DNA from: Candidatus Bathyarchaeota archaeon
Lineage (GTDB): Archaea; Thermoproteota; Bathyarchaeia; Bathyarchaeales; Bathycorpusculaceae
Reading direction: 5' to 3'
Length of the DNA stretch: 64,000 nt
NCBI GenBank assembly: GCA_963717465.1
Contig: OY970340.1
Location: 416,001-480,000 of the forward strand
Part shown: in pieces, positions 1 to 10,954 of the stretch
How positions within the stretch are numbered: the stretch's first letter is position 1
Layout: every line of letters starts with the position of its first letter
Notes under the pieces: model-generated
What the model was told of the DNA's origin: nothing
What the model saw: the letters and a program-made list of their open reading frames with translations, nothing else
Database searches by the model: none
Program-made: the position numbers and the translations under genes

Positions 1-366
1 ATCATCCCAATGTACTCTAAGAAAAATAGGCCAGGACAAATTCTCAAGGTAATGGCTGATCAAAAGGATGCTGCTCATTTGTCGCAAGTTTTGATTGATG
101 AAACGGGAACTTTAGGCGTTAGAATTTATTTCTGTGAAAGACACGTGGTTAACAGAGAAGTCCTCTCAGTGGATGTCATGGTTGAGGGCGTTGAGGAACA
201 CGTTAAAGTTAAAGTTGCCAAGAATGGCAGCGGCGAAATCGTTCGTGTAAAACCTGAATACGAGGATCTGAAAAAGCTGGCTGAAAAAACCAAGAAGCCT
301 TTACGGGAACTTTCGGAACTCGTTATGGAAAGAACACACGAAATCTTGCTGAAAAAAGGTGATTAA
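1..366 (+). CDS. larC: Nickel-pincer cofactor biosynthesis protein LarC, C-terminal part (5' truncated by window)
   Basis: KKNRPG, ETGTLGVR and KPEYED motifs of the LarC C-domain; directly upstream of larE. Confidence 0.9.
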   Translation: MIPMYSKKNRPGQILKVMADQKDAAHLSQVLIDETGTLGVRIYFCERHVVNREVLSVDVMVEGVEEHVKVKVAKNGSGEIVRVKPEYEDLKKLAEKTKKPLRELSELVMERTHEILLKKGD

Positions 367-368
367 AC

Positions 369-1196
369 ATGAAAGAAGAGAAAAATAAAATTGAAAAATT
401 AAAACGTTTTATTAGTGACAAAGGAAAAGATGGCGTCGTAATCGCTTTTTCAGGAGGAGTTGACAGTTCAACGTTGGCAGCTGTATCTCACGAGGTTTTG
501 GGGGATAAGGCTGTAGCGGTTATTGCACAATCTCCAACTTATACTTCGCAGGAACTTGCAGATGCCAAAGCAGTTGCTAAGGAAATAGGCATTAAACTTT
601 ATGTGATAAATACTAATGAGTTAGCTGATGAGAATTTTAGCAAGAACCCTGAAAACCGATGCTACTACTGCAAGAAAGAGTTGCTTGAAAGACTACTTGA
701 TTTTGCGCATGAACTCGGGTTTAAAGCTGTGTTTGAAGGCACAAACTTTTCGGATTTGAGTGATCATAGACCGGGATTTAAAGCCGTTAAAGAAGCAAGC
801 AACGTTTACAGTCCATGGATGATTAATGAATTCAATAAGGATGAGATTCGCGCTTTATCCAAGGAAATGGGGCTGAGCATACATGACAAGCCTGCACTCG
901 CATGTCTAGCTTCAAGAATTCCCTTTAACGAAAAGATAACCGCTGAAAAACTAAGCCGCATCGAAAAAGCAGAAGCAATCGTACAAACGATACTTTGTGC
1001 TAAACAGATTCGAGTTAGAGACCACAATGGACTTGCAAGAATTGAGGTTGGGAGAAATGAGAGAGCACTCTTCTGCAACCTTGATGCTTTGGATAAGTTG
1101 AGCGTTGAGTTGAAAAAGCTTGGCTTCAAGTACGTAACAATCGATTTGGAAGGGTACAAGTCAGGAAGCATGCTAAAAACATTGCAGTACGCCTAA
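369..1196 (+). CDS. larE: ATP-dependent sulfur transferase LarE
   Basis: SGGVDS PP-loop, RCYYCK, D-x-RPG, ACLASRIP, GYKSGSM. Confidence 0.92.
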   Translation: MKEEKNKIEKLKRFISDKGKDGVVIAFSGGVDSSTLAAVSHEVLGDKAVAVIAQSPTYTSQELADAKAVAKEIGIKLYVINTNELADENFSKNPENRCYYCKKELLERLLDFAHELGFKAVFEGTNFSDLSDHRPGFKAVKEASNVYSPWMINEFNKDEIRALSKEMGLSIHDKPALACLASRIPFNEKITAEKLSRIEKAEAIVQTILCAKQIRVRDHNGLARIEVGRNERALFCNLDALDKLSVELKKLGFKYVTIDLEGYKSGSMLKTLQYA

Positions 1197-1226
1197 GGCC
1201 AATTCTTTAATGGATGCTTGTAGAGT

Positions 1227-1937
1227 TTACTTGTTTGGGTCTACTCTAATTATTTGTGGTATTTTGCCTGCGGTGCCCACTTGCCCCTTGTAGAGTATGA
1301 GCACTCCCTCAACGCCTTCTATGCTTAACGCAGTTCTTATTCCTGCTTGGATTCCGGTTTCAGCGTTTTCGCCTTTTACCATGTTGCCCACAGCTGTCGC
1401 CACTGCATCCGCAAGTCCAGCGTCTTTACAGAAAACCGTCGCTGCCTCAGCTTTTCCGAAGCTTAAAGCGTGACTGAAGCGTCCTGAACTTGTAGCTAAA
1501 CCGATTGGGAATTCGGTGAGCCTAAAACCGAAGCGTTTCGAAAGCGGCTCCTCACCTGCCGCAAGCGCCACGTCAATAGGCATGTTTGAATTGGCAGAGA
1601 TTTCGCCGCCATCCTCTACAACTGCCACTTTGCAGCCAGCCTTGATCATATCAGCTACAGCCAAATCAGCAATCACTCCGGCCACAGCAGCCATCGGACC
1701 AACACCTGCTTTTTGCGCTACCAAAGCCATCAGTTTTGCCACCAAAGGGTTTTTGGGTACAGGATACGGTTCAAGTGTGTAGATGAATTTTGGGTTTGTA
1801 TCTCCGTAGATTTCGAGTTCATTACGGTTTCGCGTAATTGATTCAGCGGCTATTTTTATTGCGGATTGAAGGTCGGATATTATGGTGCATCGGGTTTCTT
1901 TGAGGCTGAAGGTTTCTTTGTACAGGTTTTTGTTCAT
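1227..1937 (-). CDS. UPF0280/COG2122 ApbE-like protein (sulfide assimilation, MA1715-like)
   Basis: VGPMAAVAG, DGGEI, ATSSG and ADAxATA motifs; operonic with DUF39. Confidence 0.85.
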   Translation of the reverse strand: MNKNLYKETFSLKETRCTIISDLQSAIKIAAESITRNRNELEIYGDTNPKFIYTLEPYPVPKNPLVAKLMALVAQKAGVGPMAAVAGVIADLAVADMIKAGCKVAVVEDGGEISANSNMPIDVALAAGEEPLSKRFGFRLTEFPIGLATSSGRFSHALSFGKAEAATVFCKDAGLADAVATAVGNMVKGENAETGIQAGIRTALSIEGVEGVLILYKGQVGTAGKIPQIIRVDPNK

Positions 1938-2368
1938 TATTTTTCCTGATTGTTACTTGAAGAGTTAGCGTTTGAATTCTTTACTGATTTTATTGCTCTA
2001 GCTGGGCAGGTGTCAACGCAGAGGCTGCAGGTGCTGCCAACACACTTCGATCGATCGAACTTTACCGAACAGTCGTCAGTTACACTTATTGCTTCAACTG
2101 GGCAAATAGCCACGCATGAGCCGCAACTCATACATTTTTCAGAGTCTACTTCGATTAGCTTCGGTACGCTGACTTTTACGCCTTTTTTGCGGAAGGCTTG
2201 AACGATTTTTTCTTGTGCTTCATCTGGAATTTCTGCGAGGATTTCGCCGCCTTTCGAATTTACATGTGCAGTTAAAATTGCAATAGGCAATTTATACTCA
2301 AGAATGATTTGTGAAGTTATTGGTTCAGGCACCAGTTTTTCAGAAAAATTAAGCAGAATTCTAACCAT
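1937..2368 (-). CDS. NIL domain + 2x[4Fe-4S] ferredoxin (homocysteine synthesis partner, MA1822-like)
   Basis: N-terminal NIL-like region, CMSCGSCVAICP and CxxxxCxxCxxxCP; start placed at MVRILL. Confidence 0.85.
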   Translation of the reverse strand: MVRILLNFSEKLVPEPITSQIILEYKLPIAILTAHVNSKGGEILAEIPDEAQEKIVQAFRKKGVKVSVPKLIEVDSEKCMSCGSCVAICPVEAISVTDDCSVKFDRSKCVGSTCSLCVDTCPARAIKSVKNSNANSSSNNQEK

Positions 2369-2372
2369 GCTT

Positions 2373-3875
2373 TCACCGTCCAAGTAATTTGGAAACATCT
2401 TCGGAAGTCACTATTCCGAGCACTTTATTTTGAACATCAATAACTGGCAAAGCTGAAATGTTGTGCTGAGCCATCCGTTTTGAAGCAATCTCAAGCGGTT
2501 CATCTGGCTTTGCAGTAACAACTTTTCGCGATTCGATATCTGCTAATTCTTTTTTGCCCTCAGCCATTGCCCGCGTGATATCCCAGGAAGTTACGATGCC
2601 CCTTAGTTTTCCAGCTTCGTCGATCACTACGATGTGGTTTACGGATTTAGTGACGATGCGTTCTGCAATAGCACGTATCTTTTCATTCTCAGTGCATGTA
2701 ACCGCTGGATGCATAACGTTGGCTACGTAGGGTATTTCCCCTGTTTGCCGCATAGGCTTAGCAACACTGTCAACTGGAAGCCTTTCAACGGGAGCTGAAA
2801 GGAAGAACTTGCCTTCCTCAATCCAAGACTTCAATGTTACCGAGATTTTTCTCGCCATCTTTAAGCTTGATAGAGAGCTAACCCTGATCTTCTGGTTATT
2901 GACTTTTATTGAGCCTGATTTTAACTCTTTGTAATTTACCTTGGCGAGTTTAGGACGATCTCTGCGGGGTACGCTGTAATCTATTACGTCGGTGAATATT
3001 TCGCTGTCACGAATCGCGGTCTTCTTTGCTAAGCCTTCGTTTAAAATCGGGATAGGCACGCCTAAGCCAACATACAATGAAGTGCCGTATCTGGTAAATG
3101 CTGCACCCTGTAAGAATTCAGGCGTCATCTTTTTAGCGTCGCCTTTAACCATCAGGGTTCCGAACTGATTCTTTGGGCTGTGCTGGGTTCCTTCGCCGAT
3201 TATATATCCTTGCCCGCCGCCAAGAAAAATCCGCGTACCCAAACCGATGGTCTCGTAGTCTGGGTCATTCATCAGTGGATTCAGCTCGCCTGCTCCTGAA
3301 TACGTTGCATTGCGCATCTTCGGCAAGAGCTTGCTCATATAAGTGTAAATTACCTGGTCGCTACCGTTCACTGCACAATTATAGTGTTGGTAGCAATTGC
3401 GGAAATTGAGCAGTTGAAACTGGTTTAAATCATCCTTGGTCAAAGTTGTCTTAAGTTGAGTTCTGGGGTAACAGTCCGTTCCATAACCTGTTGCCTTAAG
3501 CTCAACTTCCTTACCAGCTACAAGGTCCTGGATAACATGACCTCCACCATACTCGAAAGGCTGCTTGTCAGACATGCTAGTTGCCCCAATAAACAAATCC
3601 ACTGCTGCACCAGGATGACAAATTGGGACGTCATTAATCCATGCCTTATCAATCTTTATCGGCGGGTCAGAATGACCCAAATTAATCAATGCTCCTGAAG
3701 AGCACATTGCCCCGAAAGTGCCAGTAGTGACGACATCAACTTCCCTAAATGCGACTTCAACACCGCTGCTTTCTACTAGCTTTTTCATTTCTTCAGCCGT
3801 TAAAACTTGAGCGTCGCCCTTGCGAATTTTCTCATTTATCTCTTCTAATGTGCGAGTTTTTGCATTTTTAGACAA
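2373..3875 (-). CDS. L-aspartate semialdehyde sulfurtransferase (DUF39 + 2 CBS domains; MA1821/MJ0100 family)
   Basis: DVVTTGTFGAMCSSGA, YGGGHVI, GTDCYPR, NxRNCYQ, C-terminal CBS pair. Confidence 0.92.
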   Translation of the reverse strand: MSKNAKTRTLEEINEKIRKGDAQVLTAEEMKKLVESSGVEVAFREVDVVTTGTFGAMCSSGALINLGHSDPPIKIDKAWINDVPICHPGAAVDLFIGATSMSDKQPFEYGGGHVIQDLVAGKEVELKATGYGTDCYPRTQLKTTLTKDDLNQFQLLNFRNCYQHYNCAVNGSDQVIYTYMSKLLPKMRNATYSGAGELNPLMNDPDYETIGLGTRIFLGGGQGYIIGEGTQHSPKNQFGTLMVKGDAKKMTPEFLQGAAFTRYGTSLYVGLGVPIPILNEGLAKKTAIRDSEIFTDVIDYSVPRRDRPKLAKVNYKELKSGSIKVNNQKIRVSSLSSLKMARKISVTLKSWIEEGKFFLSAPVERLPVDSVAKPMRQTGEIPYVANVMHPAVTCTENEKIRAIAERIVTKSVNHIVVIDEAGKLRGIVTSWDITRAMAEGKKELADIESRKVVTAKPDEPLEIASKRMAQHNISALPVIDVQNKVLGIVTSEDVSKLLGR

Positions 3876-4269
3876 TTTAACTTACCTTGTTAACTCATTC
3901 GAGATGTTTAGTCATGTTAATATTTTTTGCGATAATTCCAGTTTAAAAGTTTCCGAGAAGATGACATGGAATTTAAGTGCCAAGTTCTTCAGGCAATTGC
4001 CCGTAAGCAAGGTGGCAGAGCATCATTGCTTGCTTTGCAGCATTGAAAATTTAAATAAACTAATCTTCAATCAAAAGCGTCCATAAAATTTCTACTTTTA
4101 ATATTTTAATCGTTTGCAAGTTGGGTACTTTACTCATTTTATCACTTCTCCCATTAAAACAATTGACAAAAAGAATCACTCATAAATAAAATAAGACTTA
4201 GTTAGGTTAATTTATAAATCTCCGAAAGTTTTATTTTTCAATTGCAGTACCTTAAATAGGGCAAGTTAC

Positions 4270-4891
4270 ATGGAGAAGAAGAGCCAAATAGATTGCGAGT
4301 ACTTTTCTAATGATGGAACTTGCAAAGCTATTACAGGAAGTCAAGAGGGTAAAGAGACAAGAGAAGAATCTTGTTCAAACAAAGTCCAAAATTCTTGTTG
4401 CGCTACATGTATAAATCGAGAAAAATGCGAAATCAGTTGCACTTACAAAAGTGTTGAAAATAAGCAGGCGCGGCACGTTTCAAGAAACAAGACTAAATGA
4501 AGAAATTTCTAATTATAAGAAAAGTATCGAAAAACTAGCAGTTTTCTTTGCAGAAGGAAAGATCACCGAGGAATCTTACCTTAGATCTGTAAAAAGTCTC
4601 GAGGATAAAATAAGCAATTTTGAGGATGTCATGAAAAACCCAGCCAGTTACCAGCGAGATACTTTCCAATCCAATGAAGATAATTCGGACTATGAAAAAC
4701 CGACAATATTGTGGTATTTAGCGCCGTTATTTTTTGGGTTAATTGGAGGTTTAATTGCCTATGTCGGAACAAAAGACCGAGACAAAGATATGGCGAGTTA
4801 CTTGCTTGTTTTCGGAATATTTATGACATTAGTCTTTGTGATTATTGATGTTGTCTTGTTTAGTCAGCTTGCCTCTTTGCTGGGTTATTGA
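4270..4891 (+). CDS. Hypothetical membrane protein: Cys-rich N-domain, SHOCT-like segment, 2 TM helices (probably one gene split by a frameshift near 4470)
   Basis: Overlapping ORFs 4270-4500 and 4451-4891; 8 Cys; LAVFFAEGKITEESY; hydrophobic C-terminus. Confidence 0.55.
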
Positions 4892-4960
4892 TTAATTGAA
4901 TTAACGCCGATTTCAAATTCAATCTTTAAATTTGCCAATGCCGAACCATTCTGTGAAGAC

Positions 4961-7900
4961 TTACCAAAGTTTCCAGGGCAAGTCATCCATGTACTCGTTT
5001 AGTGAGCGGATTGGAATTTCGTTTGTGCCTTTTTGTTTTAGCACTTCAACTAAGGCGGCGGCTAACTCTAAGTTTGTGATTACTGGGACATTGAATTCTA
5101 CTGCTTGCCGTCTGATAGTGTAGCCGTCTGTAATTGTATCTAAGTTCGTCTGCTTATCCGAGATGGGCACGTTAATGACTAAATCTATTTTGCGTTCCTG
5201 CAGGTAATCCAAAATGTTGTTTGGGTCAACTTTAGCTTCCTTAACCTTGAGCAAGACAGTTACGCTTTTTACGCCGTTAGCTTGTAACACTTCAGCAGTG
5301 TGTTCAGTAGCATAGATCTTAAAGCCCATCTCTTCAAAAGCCTTAGCGATTGGAACAACCCGGCGTTTAGGTTCTTCGCCGCCGATGGTTATGAGGACCG
5401 CGCCGCCTTTAGGCGGCATCCTGAATTCTGCAGACTGCAACGCTTTAGAGAAAGCGTCTGAAAAGTTTTCTCCTAAGCAGGCTACCTCGCCTGTGCTTAG
5501 CATTTCAACGCCGAGAACAGGGTCAGCACCGCTAAGACGCATGAAACTGAACTGGGGAACTTTAACGCCGACGTGATTCGCATGATTTGCAAGTGACAGC
5601 TGGGCGATTTGGGACTCACTTAGTTTTTTGCCCAGCATTGCTTGAGTAGCTAAATCAATGAGGTTTATTCCGCGAGTTTTGCTTACAAAAGGCATTGAAC
5701 GTGAAGCACGCAAGTTGCATTCGATTACTTGAACAACGCCGTCTTTGACTAAGTATTGAATGTTGTATGGTCCGTGAATTCGCAGGGCTTTTACAATTCG
5801 TTGGGTGCAATCTTCAATCTTCCGTTGAACTTCCATGGATAAAGTTTGAGGGGGAATAGTCATGGTTGCATCTCCGCTGTGGACGCCTGCGTTCTCGATA
5901 TGCTCCATTATTGCTCCGATTAGAACAGTGTCGCCGTCGGAAACTCCATCAACTTCGACTTCTTTGGCTCTGTCAACGAATTTAGAAATAACTACTGGGT
6001 GATCACGGGAAACTTTTGCGGCTAAGTTAAGAAAGTTTTCAAGTGAAGTCTCATTGTAAGCAACACGCATCGCTGAACCTGATAACACGTAACTTGGACG
6101 CACGATAACTGGGTAACCGATTTTCTCAGCAAACCGTTTTGCATCATTAATCGACAAGAGTTTGCTCCAGCTGGGCTGAGAAATTCCAAGTTGATCAAGA
6201 AGCGCAGCTGAACTTTGAACGGTCCTCGGCTAAATCCACATCCTCAGCGGAGGTGCCGAGTAGTTTCACGCCTAAATCGGATAGTTTCATGGCTAAATTG
6301 TTTGGAATTTGCCCACCTACGCTTCCTATGATGCCTAACGGGTTTTCTTTCTCGTAGATATCCATGATTCGCTCAGGAGTTAACTCTTCAAAGTACAATT
6401 TATCAGAAATATCATAATCAGTTGATACTGTTTCGGGGTTGTAATTGACCATGATGGCTTCTTGAATGCCATTTTTCTTGAGTGCCCAAATCGTGTTAAC
6501 TCCGCACCAATCGAATTCCACGCTTGAGCCAATCCGGAAAACTCCAGCGCCCAGCACAATAACTTTACTTGGATTGTTGGTTAGTTTTATGTCGTCTTCG
6601 TCTCCCCCGTAAGTCATATAGAGATAATTGGTTTTAGCTGGCCATTCAGCAGCTAAAGTATCAATCTGCTTTACAACAGGAGTGATCTGGGCATTTTTCC
6701 TGAATTTTCTTATCGTTGCTTCATCAGTATTCTGGCAAACAGCTATTTGGGCATCGGAGAAACCTATGCGTTTTGCTTCACGAATAGTTTCCGCTGCCGA
6801 GTCGCTTCCAAGGTTTAGTTTGCGAAGTTTTGCTTCCATGTCGATTATGTTTTGGATTTTGTGAAGGAAGAACGGGTCAACGCCGCTTAAACTGTAGATT
6901 TCCCCGATGTTGATTCCGATTTTTAATGCTTTTACAATCTTGTATAATCGCTCGTCAGTCGGGTTCGCTAAAACATCGCGTATTCTTTCTTCGGGTTCAG
7001 GCTCAGAATCCTCTGGATTACACACTAAACCAATCTTGCCAGTGTCTAGCATGCGTACGGCTTTTTGAAGTGCCTCTTCAAAACAGCGTCCAATAGCCAT
7101 TACTTCTCCGACTGAACGCATTTGAGGACCAACATGACGATCTGCATTCTTGAATTTCTGCAGGTCCCATCGTGGAATCTTAACAGTTATATAATCTAAA
7201 GCTGGTTCAAAACAGGCTGTTGTGACTTCCGTTACTTTATTTATTAATTCAGGAAGAAGGTAACCGAGAGTTAGTTTAGTTGCGATGTAAGCTAATGGGT
7301 AACCTGTTACTTTGCTTGCAAGCGCACTGCTTCGCGACATGCGCGAGTTCACTTCTATAACACGATATTCCTCTGAATTCGTGTGTAAAGCCCATTGAAT
7401 GTTGCATTCGCCGACTATTCCAAGACTGCGAATAGCGGACAGTGAAGTTGACCTGATAAGGTGGTATTCACGATTTGACAGTGTTTGCGATGGTGCTACA
7501 ACTATTGAGTCGCCAGTGTGAACACCCATCGGGTCAAAGTTTTCCATGTTGCAAACGATTAAGCAGTTGTCAGCGTAATCCCGCATTACTTCGTATTCAA
7601 CTTCTTTCCAGTGACCAACATACTCTTCCACGAGCACTTGCGTAATTCTGCTTTGCGCCAAGCCACGTGTAACTATATCTCTTAATTCCCATGCATTGCG
7701 TGCTACTCCTGCACCTTTGCCGCCTAAAGTGTAGGCAACACGGATGATAACTGGGTAGCCGATTTCATTAGCGATTTCAAGCGCTTCTTTCACTGAGTTT
7801 GCTGATTTGCTTCTCAAGGGCTTCACGTTAGCTTTAAGCATGGCTTGTCTGAAGCGTTCCCTGTCGCCCGTGTCCTCAATAGCTTCTACAGGGGTGCCTA

Positions 7901-8247
7901 AAACCTTAACGTTATATTTTTCCAGAATACCAGCTTTTTGCCAATTCGATTCCGCAGTTAAGTGCGGTTTGTCCCCCAAAACCCAGCAGTATTCCGTCTG
8001 GTTTTTCTTTCTGAATTACTTTTTCAACGTATTCAGGGGTGACTGGAAGAAGATACACTTTCCCTGATAAGCGTGGATCAGTCTGAATGGTTGCAATGTT
8101 GGGGTTAATCAGAACAGTTTCTATACCTTCTTCTCTTAACGCTTTAAGGCACTGGCTTCCAGAATAATCAAATTCTGCGGCTTCACCGATCTTTATTGCT
8201 CCACTGCCAAGCACCAGCACTTTATGTATCCAATCGAACTTGGGCAT
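4961..8247 (-). CDS. carB: Carbamoyl-phosphate synthase large subunit (2 frameshifts, near 7937 and 6206)
   Basis: [40 protein letters not shown] and a C-terminal MGS domain across three consecutive ORFs. Confidence 0.95.
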
Positions 8248-8249
8248 TT

Positions 8250-9395
8250 TTAGTTAGCCTCCAAAGTTTTTGCGAACATATCAAACAGCAACTCAGTATC
8301 ATACGGGCCTGGAGATGCTTCAGGATGCCATTGCACAGCAAAAACAGGCTTGCTCTTATGCTTGATGCCCTCAATGGTTTTATCGTTTGGATTAATGAAC
8401 CAAGATTCCAAGCGGCGTATTCTTCAATGAATCCTTGATCCACTGCGTAACCGTGATTTTGAGTAGTAATATAGCAGCGATTATTGTTTAAGTCGCGTGC
8501 AGGCTGGTTTTGGGCGCGATGACCGAATTTTAACTTGTAAGTGTCACCGCCCATTGATAAGGCAAGTATTTGGGCGCCAAGACAAATGCCCATTAACGGA
8601 ACCTTCTCAACGAGTTCACGGATGCACTCGATTGTTTTGGTGCATTTTTTAGGGTCTCCTGGCCCGTTGCTTAGGAAAACGCCGTTAGGTTTGTATGACA
8701 TTACTTCGCTAGCTGAAGTGTCGTAGGGCACGCGGACAACGTTTATTCCACGTTTTAGCAAGTTACGGATAATGCTGTATTTTACTCCGCAGTCAATCAG
8801 GACAACCGTGTATTTTCCGTCAACATTGTACTTAATGGGTTTTTTAACTGATACTTCTTTTACTAAATCGATTAAGTTTGGGTCTGCAATGCCATCACAA
8901 TAACTTTTGAGCCGTTCTAAGTTTGGCTCCTCATGTTCATCGAAAACTTGAAGAACCCCAAGCATGACCCCATGCATTCTAAGTTTCTTCGTTAACCGTC
9001 TAGTGTCAACGCCAGAGATTCCTGGTACACCCTCGTCGGCTAGCCACTTGTCAAGAGTTCTTGTTGATGCCCAATGATACGGTTCACGGCATAACTCATG
9101 AATGACTAAGCCTTGCACTTGAATATGATCTGACTCAAAATAAAGCGGGAATACCCAAGTTTAACTCGTTTGAAGGAACCCCATAATTGCCAACGAGCGG
9201 ATAGGTTAAGTTTAAAATTTGACCTTTATACGATGGGTCAGTAAGCGCTTCTGGGTAACCAACCATTGAAGTTGAGAACACTACTTCTCCTGAAATTTTT
9301 CCAGTTGCACCAAAACCTTTACCGACAAATGACGTCCCGTCTTCTAAGAGGAGAATTGCTTTCTTATTTTCTTGGTTGCTATGTTCTTGAGTCAA
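8250..9395 (-). CDS. carA: Carbamoyl-phosphate synthase small subunit (frameshifts near 9148 and 8410-8440)
   Basis: [39 protein letters not shown]; the WHPEASPGP end is recovered in another frame. Confidence 0.95.
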
Positions 9396-9411
9396 AGTCT
9401 AATACGTCCTG

Positions 9412-10934
9412 TCAATTCGAATTTTTAAATTTTGCGTTTGAAGAATTCTGGCTAGAGTAAGCGGTAACCACAGATTCCAACTTGCTTTCAACGTCGAGAA
9501 GAGACTGATTCAATTTCGAAACGCCGGTTTTCGCGTGTTCTAAGCATTTCTTTCTCTGTTTTAGGGCGCGCTCAACTTCAATTGATGAAGGACCACCTTG
9601 AACTTTATACGTTTCGACTATTTTACGAGGATTCGTACATGAAACGATATCCTTCTCTTTAATTGACAATTTTAAGCCAGCAGGTTTCCTCAGCAATTTT
9701 CTGGATTAACTCAGGAGTTGCATCAAGCAAAGTTTGCTTGGAATCAATCAGGGATTTTACGAGTGCACCGATTATTTTGTGTGCGGTTCTAAAAGGAACA
9801 TGGTATTGACGAACAAGCATGTTTGCTAATTCTGTCGCTCCAACAAAACCCGCAGATGCTTTATCCGTCGCATTTTCTGAGACTTTCAAGTTCGGCATAA
9901 GCTTCGCAAATAGGCTTAATGAAGTGGATATTGTATTGACCGATGTCCAAAGTTTAGGCGTAACTTCTTGAAGGTCCAAGTTGTAGGTTGTGGGCAAACT
10001 CTTAATCATCGCCGTTGCAGCTACGAAATCGCCAAGCACGCTGCTTGCTCTTGCCCGGATAACTTCGAGAACTTCAGGATTTTTCTTCTGGGGCATAATG
10101 CTGCTGGTGGATGTGAATTCATCGGGCAATTCAATTGTTCCGAATTCTGATGAACTCCAAATTATCAAGTCTTCTGCCAAACGGCTCAAGTTCACCGCGA
10201 GCAACGTTAGAGCAGATAATGTTTCAAGAATAAAGTCTCGGCTGCCCACCGCGTCAATAGAGTTTTCCAGTAAATCGTTGAATCCTAAGAGTTCTGCTGT
10301 ACGCTTGCGGTTTATTGGAAAACTTGTCGTTGCTAAAGCCCCAGCCCCAAGAGGATAGAGATTCACGTGTTCATAAGCGCCCATCAATCTTTGTAGGTCC
10401 CGATTTAAGGCGTCAAAGAAAGAAAGCAGGTAATGTGCAAACGTAACGGGTTGGGCTGCTTGCAGGTGAGTGTACTCTAAAATGACGGTTTCAACGTGTT
10501 TGCTGGCTGTCTCAAGTAGGCTAGTCTTGCATATCGAGCACTTGAATCATTAATTCAACGAGTTCTATTCGAAGCTCCATGCGGATGGCAGTTGCAACTT
10601 GGTCGTTTCTGCTTTTTGCAACATGAAGGTTTCCGCCGACTTCAGGTCCAGTTTCAGCTAAAACAGCTTCTTCCACTGCCAAGTGAACATCTTCAGCGGA
10701 AGGGTCAAGCTGCATGCTGGAGCATTTTTTTAAAGCCATTAAAAGTTTGGCGCCGTCTTGTGGATTAATTATTTTTTGTTCTATGAGCATTATGACGTGC
10801 GCTTTGTTGATAGCTACTACCGCATCGAATAGTTTTGCATCATCTTTTATTGAAGAAGTGAAGTGAGCAACGTCCTCCCGGACTGATGTCAATCGACCTC
10901 CACGGAGTATTTTTGACGTTTTTTCATCCTCCAC
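9412..10934 (-). CDS. argH: Argininosuccinate lyase (frameshifts near 10524 and 9685)
   Basis: SRNDQVATA, YTHLQxAQP (read between the ORFs), [10 protein letters not shown]. Confidence 0.95.
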
Positions 10935-10954
10935 TTCTTAATTTAATTTTAATG

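Noticed and set aside
3880..4260. Riboswitch or ncRNA upstream of the homocysteine operon (GGCAATTGCC palindrome, AAGCAAG/CTTGCTT stem)
   Set aside because: Only short stems and no recognisable SAM-riboswitch core; would need an Infernal/Rfam search
10500..10530. TAG in argH as a pyrrolysine/readthrough site
   Set aside because: The downstream coding sequence continues in a different frame, so it is a +1 frameshift
4961..10934. Genuinely split carB/carA/argH or programmed frameshifting
   Set aside because: Breakpoints fall inside conserved domains, share no slippery motif and match the window-wide indel pattern
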